Assembly (NCBI GenBank): GCA_963704165.1
Contig: CAVPHD010000007.1
Coordinates: 32,001 to 96,000, forward strand
Origin: an uncultured delta proteobacterium
Lineage (GTDB): Bacteria > Myxococcota_A > UBA9160 > SZUA-336
DNA: 64,000 nt
Direction of reading: 5' to 3'
Shown here: positions 29,519-38,896 of the stretch, one piece after another
Position numbering within the stretch: the stretch's first letter is position 1
Layout of the letters: the number at the start of each line of letters is the position of its first letter
Translations under genes and position numbers: made by a program
Notes under the pieces: generated by a model
The model's input: only the letters and a program-made list of their open reading frames with translations
Databases searched by the model: none
Told to the model about the DNA's origin: nothing

Positions 29519-30739
29519 GTGGCTTTGCGCGGGGACGACGTGGACGGCGTGCCGGTGCTCCAGGTATCGGAGCTCGTCGATCTGCTTCGCGGCACGCTTC
29601 GCGACGCGTTCGGCGAGGTACGTGTCGAAGGTGAGATCGCGTCGCTCTTCCGCTCGCGGCCGGGTCACCTCTACTTCGACCTGAAGGACGAGGGCGCGCT
29701 GCTTCGCGCCGTGATGTTCCGCGGCGCGGCGAGCGCGATCGAGTTCGAGCCGCAGGACGGAATGCTCGTCCGGGCGCGTGGCCGCGTCGACCTCTACGCC
29801 GAGCGAGGTAGCCTCCAGCTCGTGCTCTCGGATCTGCGCCCGGCCGGAGAGGGGGCGCTGCGCGCGGCGTTCGAGAAGCTCCGCGCGCGGCTCGCGGCGG
29901 AGGGGCTCTTCGACGCCGAACACAAGCGCCCGCTGCCGTTCCTGCCCAGGCGCATCGGGCTGGTGACGTCGATCCAGGGCGCCGTCATCCACGACTTCCT
30001 GCGCGCGCTGCGCGCGCGCTTCCCGGCGAGCGAGGTCGTGGTCTGGGACGCGCGCGTGCAGGGCGACGGCGCGTGGCGCGAGATCGTGCGCGGCCTGCAC
30101 CTGCTCGACGCCGATCCGTCGGTCGAAGTGGTCGTGCTCGCCCGTGGCGGTGGATCGCTCGAGGACCTGTGGAACTTCAATCGCGAAGAGCTCGTCCGCG
30201 CGGTCTTCGAGCTCGGCACACCGGTCGTCTCGGCGATCGGCCACGAGACCGACTGGGTGCTCACCGATCTGGTCGCGGATGCGCGAGCCGCGACGCCGAC
30301 CGCGGCGGCAGCGCTCGTCGCGCCGGATGCCGCGCAGCTCCTGCAGCGGATCGACGAGCTCGAGCTTCGCCTCTCGACCCGTGTCCGCGCGCAGCTTCGC
30401 GAGCTCGCGCACCGGCTCGAAGCGCTGCGACTCGGCCTCGTCCATCCCGCGCGCCGACTGCGCGAGAGCGCGCTGCTCCTGCGCGAGCTTCGTCTGCGCC
30501 TCTCGGCCGCCGCGGTTCGCGCGCGGGATCGAGCCGGCGCGCGGCTCGGGTCGATCGCGAGCCGGCTCGATGCGCTCTCACCGCTGGCGGTGCTCGGTCG
30601 CGGCTTTGGCCTGGCGATCCGCGACTCCGACGGCGCGATCCTGCGCGACGCGCGGCAGGCGCCTGCGGGTGAGAGTATCCTGGTTCGGCTCGCGCGCGGC
30701 CGGCTCCGCGCCACGGTGCGCGAGTCCCTGGAGGATTGA
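29519..30739 (+). CDS. xseA: Exodeoxyribonuclease VII large subunit
   Basis: GHLYFDLKD, ARGGGSLEDLW, SAIGHETD, TPTAAA. Confidence 0.95.
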   Translation: MALRGDDVDGVPVLQVSELVDLLRGTLRDAFGEVRVEGEIASLFRSRPGHLYFDLKDEGALLRAVMFRGAASAIEFEPQDGMLVRARGRVDLYAERGSLQLVLSDLRPAGEGALRAAFEKLRARLAAEGLFDAEHKRPLPFLPRRIGLVTSIQGAVIHDFLRALRARFPASEVVVWDARVQGDGAWREIVRGLHLLDADPSVEVVVLARGGGSLEDLWNFNREELVRAVFELGTPVVSAIGHETDWVLTDLVADARAATPTAAAALVAPDAAQLLQRIDELELRLSTRVRAQLRELAHRLEALRLGLVHPARRLRESALLLRELRLRLSAAAVRARDRAGARLGSIASRLDALSPLAVLGRGFGLAIRDSDGAILRDARQAPAGESILVRLARGRLRATVRESLED

Positions 30740-31032
30740 TGGCCACGCGCCGCGCGGGCAGCAAGGCGACGAGCGAGTCCGGTACCGAGAGCGATGCCGG
30801 GTCCGCGGCTCCGCGCTTCGAGCAGGCGCTCGCGCAGCTCGAGGCGCTGGTGCACAAGCTCGAGAGCGGCGAGCTCGACCTGGAACAGGCCCTCGGCACG
30901 TTCGAGCAGGGCGTCGCGCTCGCGAAGCTCTGCTCGGCTCGCCTCGAGGCCGCAGACCTGCGCATCTCGAAGCTCGAAGAGAGTGCGGGCCGTCTGCGCG
31001 AGCGCGTGCTCGAAATCGGTGACGAGGAGTGA
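30739..31032 (+). CDS. xseB: Exodeoxyribonuclease VII small subunit
   Basis: FEQALAQLE..V.KLESGELDLE...FEQG. Confidence 0.92.
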   Translation: MATRRAGSKATSESGTESDAGSAAPRFEQALAQLEALVHKLESGELDLEQALGTFEQGVALAKLCSARLEAADLRISKLEESAGRLRERVLEIGDEE

Positions 31033-31863
31033 GCGACGCGGCGACGCTCGACGCATTTCTCGCCGACGGCGCCGCGCGGATCGACGTCTATCTCGACGAC
31101 GTCTTGCCGCGCGCGAGCGAGTCACCCGAATCGCTGCACGAGGGCATGCGCTACGCGGTCTTCTCCGGCGGCAAGCGACTTCGGCCGGTGCTGGTCTTCG
31201 CCGCCGCCCACGCCGTCGGGCTCCGCGCGGACCGAGCGCTGCCGGTGGCCGCCTCCGTCGAGCTCGTCCACACGTACTCGCTCGTACATGACGATCTGCC
31301 GGCGATGGACGACGACGATCTGCGCCGGGGTCGTCCGACCGTCCACGTGAAATACGGCGAGGCGAACGCGATCCTGGTGGGCGACGCGCTCCTCGCCGCG
31401 GCGTTCGGCGTGCTCGCGCGCGGCGACGTACCGAGCGCGGTCCTGGCCCGGCTGGCCGAGGCCGCGGGCTCGCGCGCGCTCGTCGGCGGGCAGGTCGATG
31501 ATCTGGCGTTTCGCCCCGAACTCGCGACGGCCGAGCTCGTGCGTTCGATCCACGAGCGAAAGACCGCGGCGCTGTTCCGTTTCTCGACCTGGGCATCCGG
31601 AGCGGTCGCGGGCCGTCCGGTCGCGCGAGCTCGAGCTTCTGGATCGATTCGGCCTGGCCTACGGCCGCGCCTTTCAGCTGGTCGATGACCTGCTCGACGA
31701 CGATCCGGAGGAGTGCTCGATCCTGCGCGTCTGCGACGAGCGGACGGCGCGCGCGCGGGTCGTGGACGAGGTGGCCGACGCGGTCGCTGCGGCCGAGGCC
31801 TTCGGCGATTCGGGCCGCTACCTGCGCGGGCTGGCTAGCGCGGTGAGCGGGCGGCTACCGTAG
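31029..31863 (+). CDS. ispA: Polyprenyl (farnesyl) diphosphate synthase (frameshift ~31615)
   Basis: GGKRLRP, SLVHDDLPAMDDDDLRRG, FQLVDDLLD. Confidence 0.92.
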
Positions 31864-31870
31864 GGGCGGC

Positions 31871-33758
31871 ATGAACGAAATCCTGAATGCGATCGATTCT
31901 CCCGGCGAACTCCGCAAGCTGCCCGAGGCACGCCTGCCGGAGGTCGCGGCCACCGTTCGCTCGGAGATCATCGACACGATCTCACGCACGGGCGGCCATC
32001 TCGCCGCGGGGCTGGGCGCGGTCGAGCTCGCCGTCGCGCTGCACTACGTCTTCGATACCCCGCGCGACCGGCTCATTTGGGACGTCGGTCACCAGGGCTA
32101 CCCGCACAAGATGCTGACCGGACGGCGAAAGGCGTTCGGAACCATCGGCAAGAAAGACGGGATGGGGAAGTTCCTGCGCCGGCACGAATCGGAGTACGAC
32201 GTCTTCGGCGCCGGTCACGCCGGCACCTCGATCTCGGCGGCGACCGGCATCGCGGAGGCGATCCGACGCCGCGGCGGACGCGAGAAGGTGATCGCGGTGA
32301 TCGGCGATGGCGCGATGACCGCCGGCATGGCGTACGAGGGCCTGAACAACGCCGGTTACCTGCAGCTCTCGAACTTGATCGTGGTGCTGAACGACAACGA
32401 GATGTCGATCTCGAAGAACGTCGGCGCGCTGACGAGCTTTCTCGCGCGGCGCTGGTCGGCGCCGCAGACGCGCCGTCTCAAGCACGCGATGAAGACGTTC
32501 CTCGAGTCGATACCCGGGGCCGGAGACGAGCTGGTCGAGCTCGCGCGACGCGCGGAGCAGAGCTTCAAGGGCTTCATCTCGCCCGCGCAGCTCTTCGAGG
32601 GGCTGGGCTTCAACTACATCGGCCCGATCGACGGTCACGATCTCGCGCAGCTCGTCGAGACGTTCCGCAACGCGCGCGACATCGAGAGCAACGAGCACCC
32701 GGTCCTGATCCACTGCCGCACCGAGAAGGGCTATGGCTACGAGTTCTCGCAGGCCGATCCCGTGAAGTACCACGGCGTCGAGCAGTTCGAGGTCAGCTCG
32801 GGCGCGATGAAGAAGGCGAGCGCCGGGCCCGCCGTCCTGGACCGGCGCCTTCGCCGACGCGCTGATCGAGCTCGCCAAGGACGATGCGCGGATCGTCGGC
32901 ATCACCGCGGCGATGGGCGGCGGAACCGGGCTCGACAAGTTCCAGAAGAGCTTCCCCGACCGCTTCTACGACGTCGGGATCGCCGAGCAGCACGCGGTGA
33001 CGTTCGCCGCGGGGCTCGCGACCGAGGGCATGAAGCCGGTCTGCGCGATCTACTCGACGTTCCTGCAACGCGCCTACGACCAGATCGTGCACGACGTCTG
33101 CGTGCAAGGGCTCGACGTGACGTTCGTGCTCGATCGCGCGGGCCTCGTCGGCGCCGACGGCGCGACGCACCAGGGGTTCTACGACATCGCCTACCTGCGA
33201 GCGCTGCCGCACATCGTGCTGATGGCACCCAAGGACGAGAACGAGCTGCGCCAGATGCTGAAGACGGCGATCGAGTACCCGGGACCGGCCGCGCTGCGCA
33301 TTCCGCGCGGCGCGGCGCTCGGCGTGCCGCTCGACAGCGACGTGAAGAGCCTGAAGATCGGCGAGGCGGAGCTTCTTCGCGACGGCCGTGATCTCGGCAT
33401 CGTCGCGCTCGGGCACTCGGTCGCACCCGCGCTCGAGGCCGCGGAGAGGCTCGCCGAGGACGGTCTCTCGGCCGCGGTGCTGAACGCGCGCTTTGCAAAG
33501 CCGGTCGATGCAAAACGCATCGGCGATCTGGCGCGCCGCTGCGGCGCACTGGTCGTGGTCGAGGAGCACAGCGAGATCGGGGGGCTGGGCGAGGCGGTGC
33601 TCGCCGCACTCGCCGCGGCGCGCATCTCGGTACCGGTGCGCGTGCTCGGCATCCCCGACGAGGTGATCGAGCACGGCTCGCAAGCGGAGTGGCGCGAAGC
33701 GCTCGGGCTCGACGCCGCCGGAATCGCACGCGCTTCCCGCGAGCTGCTCGGGCGGTAG
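31871..33758 (+). CDS. dxs: 1-deoxy-D-xylulose-5-phosphate synthase (frameshift ~32830)
   Basis: WDVGHQ, GDGAMTAG...NDN, DVGIAEQHA, DGATHQG. Confidence 0.95.
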
Positions 33759-33761
33759 GTC

Positions 33762-34508
33762 ATGGCGAAGGCGCGCGTGCGCCTCGACGAGCGGCTCGTC
33801 GAGCTCGGGCTCGAGACATCGCTGCGGCGGGCGCAGGCGCGCATCCTCGCGGGCGAGGTGCGGATCGGCGATCGGGTCGTCGACAAATCCGGAACCCTCG
33901 TGCCGGCCGATGCCGAGCTCGTGCTGAAGCAGAAGCCCCGCTTCGTCTCGCGTGGAGGGGACAAGCTCGCCGGCGCGCTCGAAGCGCTCGGGCTCGACGT
34001 CGCCGGACTGCGCTGCGCCGACGTCGGCGCAGCGACGGGAGGCTTCACGGACTGCTTGCTGCAGCGCGGTGCGCTGCACGTGCTCTCGCTCGACGTCGGC
34101 TACGGGCAGCTCGCCTCCGTCCTGCGCGGTGATCCGCGCGTCGACGTGCGCGAGCGCACGAATCTGCGCTTCTTCTCGCTCGAGCCGGACGAGGACCGAT
34201 TCGACCTCGTCTGCGCCGACGTATCGTTCATCTCGCTTCGCCAGATCCTCGATCGCCTGATCGCCCTCGCGCGCCCCGGTGGCCAGCTCTTGCTGATGGT
34301 GAAGCCGCAGTTCGAGCTCGAGCGTGGGGCGGTCGGGCGGGGAGGGGTGGTCCGCGATCCGGAGCTGCGCGCGCGCGCGGTGCGCGAGGTCCGCGAGGCG
34401 GGCGAGGCGCTCGGCCTGGCGGCGATCGGCGAGGCCGAGAGCGTGCTCGCGGGACCGAAGGGAAACCGTGAGGTTTTTCTGCTGTTCCGGCGCACCGCCT
34501 GCACCTAG
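33762..34508 (+). CDS. tlyA: TlyA-family rRNA 2'-O-methyltransferase
   Basis: S4 domain, VSRGGDKL, DVGAATGGFT, KPQFE, GPKGNRE. Confidence 0.93.
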   Translation: MAKARVRLDERLVELGLETSLRRAQARILAGEVRIGDRVVDKSGTLVPADAELVLKQKPRFVSRGGDKLAGALEALGLDVAGLRCADVGAATGGFTDCLLQRGALHVLSLDVGYGQLASVLRGDPRVDVRERTNLRFFSLEPDEDRFDLVCADVSFISLRQILDRLIALARPGGQLLLMVKPQFELERGAVGRGGVVRDPELRARAVREVREAGEALGLAAIGEAESVLAGPKGNREVFLLFRRTACT

Positions 34509-34525
34509 ACGATGCGGGTCGCCGG

Positions 34526-34564
34526 CGGCACCTGATTTGCGCAGGTCGTCTTGCCGATTACACT
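34526..34564 (+). promoter_or_regulatory. Overlapping sigma54-like and sigma70-like promoters of the A-type Fe-S carrier gene
   Basis: CGGCAC-CTGAT-TTGC (34526-34540) and TTGCGC-16-TACACT (34537-34564), ending 6 nt before the ATG. Confidence 0.5.
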
Positions 34565-34570
34565 ACGCAT

Positions 34571-34900
34571 ATGTCCGTCATCACTCTCACGGAATCCGCT
34601 GCAGCCAAGGTCAAGCAACTGACCGAGCGCGACGGGCGAGAAGGCTACAGCCTTCGCCTGAAGGTCGTGGGTGGGGGCTGCAGCGGTCTGCAGTACCAGC
34701 TGATGTTCGACAACAAGGTCGGCGACTGGGATCAGACGACCGAAACCCACGGTGTTTCCGTGGTCGTCGATTCGAAGAGCGCCGTCTACCTGCTCGGCAC
34801 CAAGGTCGACTACGTCGATGATCTGAACGGGGCCGGGTTCAAGATCGAGAACCCCAACGCCTCCTCGACCTGCGGCTGCGGCCAGAGCTTCGGCGCCTAG
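34571..34900 (+). CDS. erpA: A-type Fe-S carrier (ErpA/IscA/HesB family)
   Basis: GGGCSG and TCGCGQSF. Confidence 0.9.
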   Translation: MSVITLTESAAAKVKQLTERDGREGYSLRLKVVGGGCSGLQYQLMFDNKVGDWDQTTETHGVSVVVDSKSAVYLLGTKVDYVDDLNGAGFKIENPNASSTCGCGQSFGA

Positions 34901-35664
34901 AAGGACGGCAGCCGTCCCCGCGCGAGCTGGGTCAGCGTAAAGGCATCGTCGGGCACGTCCATTCCGATCAGGATGTTCCGCACCTGGCGAATCGTATGGC
35001 GGCCGCTGCGCAGGTCGATCATCTCGTCCTGCATGGGCACCCACCATTCGAAGTTCCGCTCGATGTTCTCGGGTCGGGCGCGATAGCGCTTCCAGAGCCC
35101 CTGCTCGTCGAAGTAGTCGGTGCGCAGCATGACCGGCCGTTCCTGCGAGACCCACGCGAGCAGCATCGTGTACGGTCCCTCGAGCGGGCGCAGCCGCAGG
35201 ACGCGGCAGCTCTCGCCGTCGATCCGATCGAGACCGAGCACCTCGATGCGGTACTCCGCGGCCGAGTGCGCGCGAAAGTCCGCGTAGTTGAAGTCGCTGC
35301 CGAAGAGCGAACCCTTGTAGCGACCCACGCTGATCGCACGGACCTGCCCGCGGCTTCCCTCCGAGGCGAACGCCCGGTCCTGCGAGCCGGGCCGCTGAAA
35401 GAGCAGGATGCGCGCCGTGTCGCGGCTACCGTCTCCGGTGTAGACCAGTGTTCGTGTCTCGCCGCCCTTGTTCTTGCGACCGTAGGCGAACGTGACGCCC
35501 TCCGCGTCGGGCTGGCCCTCGTCGATCCGGAGCTCGACCGCGACCAGCATGTCGGGGTCGTAGAGGTTGCGGAAGACGGTGTCGAGCGCTTCGCGCGCCT
35601 CCGGGCCGTCGAAGCCGGTGAGGAACGGGAGGAGCAGGACGAGCAGGAGGGTGTTTCGACGCAT
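34897..35664 (-). CDS. Outer-membrane lipoprotein-sorting (LolA-like) protein
   Basis: Signal peptide, LFGSDFNYAD, CRVLRL.P, FTLTQL. Confidence 0.7.
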   Translation of the reverse strand: MRRNTLLLVLLLPFLTGFDGPEAREALDTVFRNLYDPDMLVAVELRIDEGQPDAEGVTFAYGRKNKGGETRTLVYTGDGSRDTARILLFQRPGSQDRAFASEGSRGQVRAISVGRYKGSLFGSDFNYADFRAHSAAEYRIEVLGLDRIDGESCRVLRLRPLEGPYTMLLAWVSQERPVMLRTDYFDEQGLWKRYRARPENIERNFEWWVPMQDEMIDLRSGRHTIRQVRNILIGMDVPDDAFTLTQLARGRLPSF

Positions 35665-35705
35665 GCCGCACCATGAGGCGCCCTGCGTCGATCGGCCGGA
35701 TCGGC

Positions 35706-36518
35706 CTAGTACGAGGGGAAGCGCCCCGCTTTCAGGTTCTGGGTCGTGAACAGCTGATCGGGAAAGGGTGGGTCGAGCATGAGCTGGCTCAGCGTGTAGA
35801 CCTGGGTGCCGGAACCCGGCAGCTCGACGCTGCGGCGCGTCGGCAGAAAGCGGCCGTCGTTGTCGCGGACCGCGCTCGGATCGATCGCGACACGGCGCAC
35901 GAGTCGATCGCCGAGCATCCAGACCGTTTCGAGCGCCACGCCCGTCTCCTGCGCCAGCGAGTATCGGACGCGGTCGAAGCCGAGATTCGCCGAATGCGGT
36001 CGGCCTTCGATGACCCGGCAGGCTTGCTTCGCGACACGGGCGTTCGGGAGTCGCGCGAAGGTGTACTCGGACGCGATCGGCGGCTGGAGGTCCGAGATCG
36101 TGGGCAAGCCCGAGGCGAAGGGCAGACGCTCGAGCGGCGTGGGCACGCGCGCCAGCATCACGCGGGCGGCCTTCGCGCCCGCGCGAAACATCTTGGGACT
36201 GCGGTAGTAGAGGAGCTCGAGCGCACCCTTCTCGCGGTCGCGCAACAGGAAGTTCAGCTCGTCCCACGCGCGCGGTGCGAGGACGTGAAAGAACATCTCC
36301 GGGCGTCCCCCCTGCCAGCGACGTGCGATCGCGAAGACGATCTGTCCGCCCGCCCAGTCCGTCGTCCACACCTCGATCGTGTTCGCGCCGAAGAGCTGAT
36401 CGAACCACGCCTGCGCGAGCGCCTCGGGAGCGGGCTCGGGCGCATCCTCGGCGCGAACGGGTGCCGAGAGCAGGGCGAGAATCGACGCGACGGCCAAGGC
36501 TCGGGCCGACCCGGACAT
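35706..36518 (-). CDS. Outer-membrane lipoprotein-sorting (LolA-like) protein, paralog
   Basis: Signal peptide, CRVIEG.P, FTTQNL; C-terminus GRFPSY resembles the neighbour's GRLPSF. Confidence 0.65.
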   Translation of the reverse strand: MSGSARALAVASILALLSAPVRAEDAPEPAPEALAQAWFDQLFGANTIEVWTTDWAGGQIVFAIARRWQGGRPEMFFHVLAPRAWDELNFLLRDREKGALELLYYRSPKMFRAGAKAARVMLARVPTPLERLPFASGLPTISDLQPPIASEYTFARLPNARVAKQACRVIEGRPHSANLGFDRVRYSLAQETGVALETVWMLGDRLVRRVAIDPSAVRDNDGRFLPTRRSVELPGSGTQVYTLSQLMLDPPFPDQLFTTQNLKAGRFPSY

Positions 36519-36569
36519 GAATTCCCCTTCTGGCGACCTCGCGCCCGACGACGCAGAATGCCGCGACGG

Positions 36570-37772
36570 ATGCGCCCGATCTACCTCGATCACAACGCCA
36601 CGACGCCGTGCGCCCCGAGCGTCGTCTCGGCGATGCTGCCCTATTTCAGCGAGGAATTCGGCAACGCCGCAAGTCGCACGCACGCGTTCGGCTTTCGAGC
36701 CGAGGCCGCCGTCGAGAGAGCGCGGACGCAGATCGCCGCGTTGGTGGGAGGCGACCCACGGGAGATCGTCTTCACGTCCGGGGCGACCGAGGCGAACAAC
36801 CTGGCGCTGATCGGTGGGGCCCGCGCGCAGCGCCGGGCGAGCGGCGGCAAGGCCGACCACGTGATCAGCTGCCGCGCCGAGCACCGCGCGGTGCTCGATC
36901 CCTGCCTCGCGCTCGAACGCGAGGGCTTCCGAGTGACACTACTCGGCGTTGGAACCGACGGTCTCGTCGATCCCGAGCATCTGCGTGCCGCGCTCGAACC
37001 GTGCACCGCGCTCGTCTCGATCATGCACGCGAACAACGAGATCGGAGTCGTCCAGCCGATCGCGGAGCTCGCGCGGCTCACCGCCGAGGCCGACGTGGCC
37101 TTCCACTGCGACGCCGCGCAATCGGCCGGCGTTCTCGACGTCGACATGGCGCGGCTCGGCGTCGACTTCCTCTCGCTCTCGGCGCACAAGCTCCATGGCC
37201 CCAAGGGAATCGGGGCGCTCGTCGTTCGCCGCCGTTCGAAGCGCGCGCGAATCGAGCCGATCCTGCACGGGGGAGGGCACGAGCGCGGCCTGCGAAGCGG
37301 AACGCTGCCGGTTCCGCTCTGCGTCGGCTTCGGCGAAGCGGCCGAGATTGTCCGATCATCCCGTGCGAGCGACGCCGCGCGACACGAGCACCTGCGCGAT
37401 CGTCTACTCGCGAAGCTCACCTCGGCGCTTCCGAACCTGGTGCTGAACGGCCACGCGAGCCGCCGCTTGCCGGGCAATCTCAACCTCTCGTTCCTCGGCG
37501 TCGAGGGCGAGGCTCTGCTCGCGGCGCTGCCGGAGCTGGCGCTCTCGGTCGGCTCGGCCTGCACGTCCGCGGTGCGCGAACCTTCCCACGTGCTGCGCGC
37601 TCTCGGTGCCGGCGAAGCGCGCGCCCTCTCGGCGCTGCGCTTCGGCATCGGGCGGGGAAACGACGAAGCGGAGATCGACACGGCCGCGGAGTTGGTGATC
37701 GCCCAGGTCCGGCGCCTGCGCGCGCTCTCGCCGACCTGGGACGATCTGCGCCGCGCCGACGCCCGCACGTGA
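36570..37772 (+). CDS. iscS: Cysteine desulfurase (IscS/NifS type)
   Basis: YLDHNATTP, FTSGATE, SAHKLHGPKG, SVGSACTS. Confidence 0.92.
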   Translation: MRPIYLDHNATTPCAPSVVSAMLPYFSEEFGNAASRTHAFGFRAEAAVERARTQIAALVGGDPREIVFTSGATEANNLALIGGARAQRRASGGKADHVISCRAEHRAVLDPCLALEREGFRVTLLGVGTDGLVDPEHLRAALEPCTALVSIMHANNEIGVVQPIAELARLTAEADVAFHCDAAQSAGVLDVDMARLGVDFLSLSAHKLHGPKGIGALVVRRRSKRARIEPILHGGGHERGLRSGTLPVPLCVGFGEAAEIVRSSRASDAARHEHLRDRLLAKLTSALPNLVLNGHASRRLPGNLNLSFLGVEGEALLAALPELALSVGSACTSAVREPSHVLRALGAGEARALSALRFGIGRGNDEAEIDTAAELVIAQVRRLRALSPTWDDLRRADART

Positions 37773-38149
37773 GCGAGTACAGCGCCGAGGTGCTCGAGCA
37801 CTTCCGCAATCCGCGTGGCCCGGGCCGGCTGTCGGGGGAGGTTCGCGGCGCGATCTCGGGCGAGGCGCGCGACGTCGATGGGGGGCAGCGCGTGCGGCTC
37901 CACCTCTGCGTCGGACCCGGCGGGCAGATCGAGCGCGCGCGCTTCCAGGCCTTCGGCTGCCCGATCGCGATCGCGGCGGCGAGCGCGGCGGTGGCGCGAT
38001 TCCAGGGATCGAGCGTCGAGGCGGCGCTGCGGCTCGGAGCCGACGAGCTCGCGCGCGAGCTGGCACTCACGCCCGATCAAGCGCATCTCGCCGAGCTCCC
38101 GCTTGCGGCGCTGCGCGACGCGCTCACGTATCTTCGAGCGCCGACATGA
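37769..38149 (+). CDS. IscU/NifU-N-like protein, degenerate
   Basis: YSAEVLEHFRNPR and FQAFGC; the first and third conserved Cys are absent. Confidence 0.8.
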   Translation: MSEYSAEVLEHFRNPRGPGRLSGEVRGAISGEARDVDGGQRVRLHLCVGPGGQIERARFQAFGCPIAIAAASAAVARFQGSSVEAALRLGADELARELALTPDQAHLAELPLAALRDALTYLRAPT

Positions 38150-38766
38150 GCGAACGGCGCAAGAGCGAGAACGTCACCTGGAGCGAGAGTCACGTCGCTC
38201 GCGCGGAACGCGAGGCGCTCCTCGGACACCGAGCGGTGACGCTCTGGTTCACCGGCTTGTCGGGCTCCGGGAAGTCGACGCTCGCGCGTGCGCTCGAGCA
38301 GGCGCTCGTCCGCAACGGCGTGCTCGCTTACGTGATCGATGGCGACAACGTGCGCCAGGGTCTGAACTCGAATCTCGGCTTCTCGCCCGAGGATCGCAGC
38401 GAGAACATCCGGCGGGTCGGCGAGGTCGCGAAGCTGATGAACGACGCGGGCGTGATCGTCCTGACCGCGTTCATCTCGCCGTACCGAAGGGATCGCGCGC
38501 GCGTTCGCGAGCTCTTGCCCGAAGGTCAGTTCCTCGAAGTCTTCGTCGATTGCCCGCTCGAGGTCTGCGAGCTTCGCGACGTGAAGGGGCTGTATCGGCG
38601 GGCGCGCGCGGGCGATATCGCGGAGTTCACGGGCATCTCCGCTCCGTACGAGCCGCCGCACGCGCCCGAGCTGCGACTCGCGACCTCGGAGCACTCGCTC
38701 GAGGACTGCGTCGCGCTCGTCATCGAGCGGCTCGAGTCCGGCGGTGTGATTCGCGCGCGCGACTGA
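38146..38766 (+). CDS. cysC: Adenylyl-sulfate kinase
   Basis: WFTGLSGSGKST, DGDNVR, RDVKGLY, FTGISAPYE. Confidence 0.95.
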   Translation: MSERRKSENVTWSESHVARAEREALLGHRAVTLWFTGLSGSGKSTLARALEQALVRNGVLAYVIDGDNVRQGLNSNLGFSPEDRSENIRRVGEVAKLMNDAGVIVLTAFISPYRRDRARVRELLPEGQFLEVFVDCPLEVCELRDVKGLYRRARAGDIAEFTGISAPYEPPHAPELRLATSEHSLEDCVALVIERLESGGVIRARD

Positions 38767-38830
38767 ATTCGGTCGAGCAAGGCCGACCCGCTCCGCGCCG
38801 ATACGGGTGTCGATGCCTGCGTCGGCTTGA

Positions 38831-38859
38831 TTGCCGGCCTGCAGGGTCGCTGCTAGTCT
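38831..38859 (+). promoter_or_regulatory. Sigma70-type promoter
   Basis: TTGCCG-17 nt-TAGTCT with TG extension. Confidence 0.55.
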
Positions 38860-38896
38860 GGCGAGATTGCGAGGTTTTTCGGTGACGCGAGCGATC

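Noticed and set aside
36570..38766. iscS plus cysC as a DNA phosphorothioation (dnd/ssp) system
   Set aside because: No DndC/SspD PAPS-reductase-like, DndD ATPase or restriction genes are nearby.
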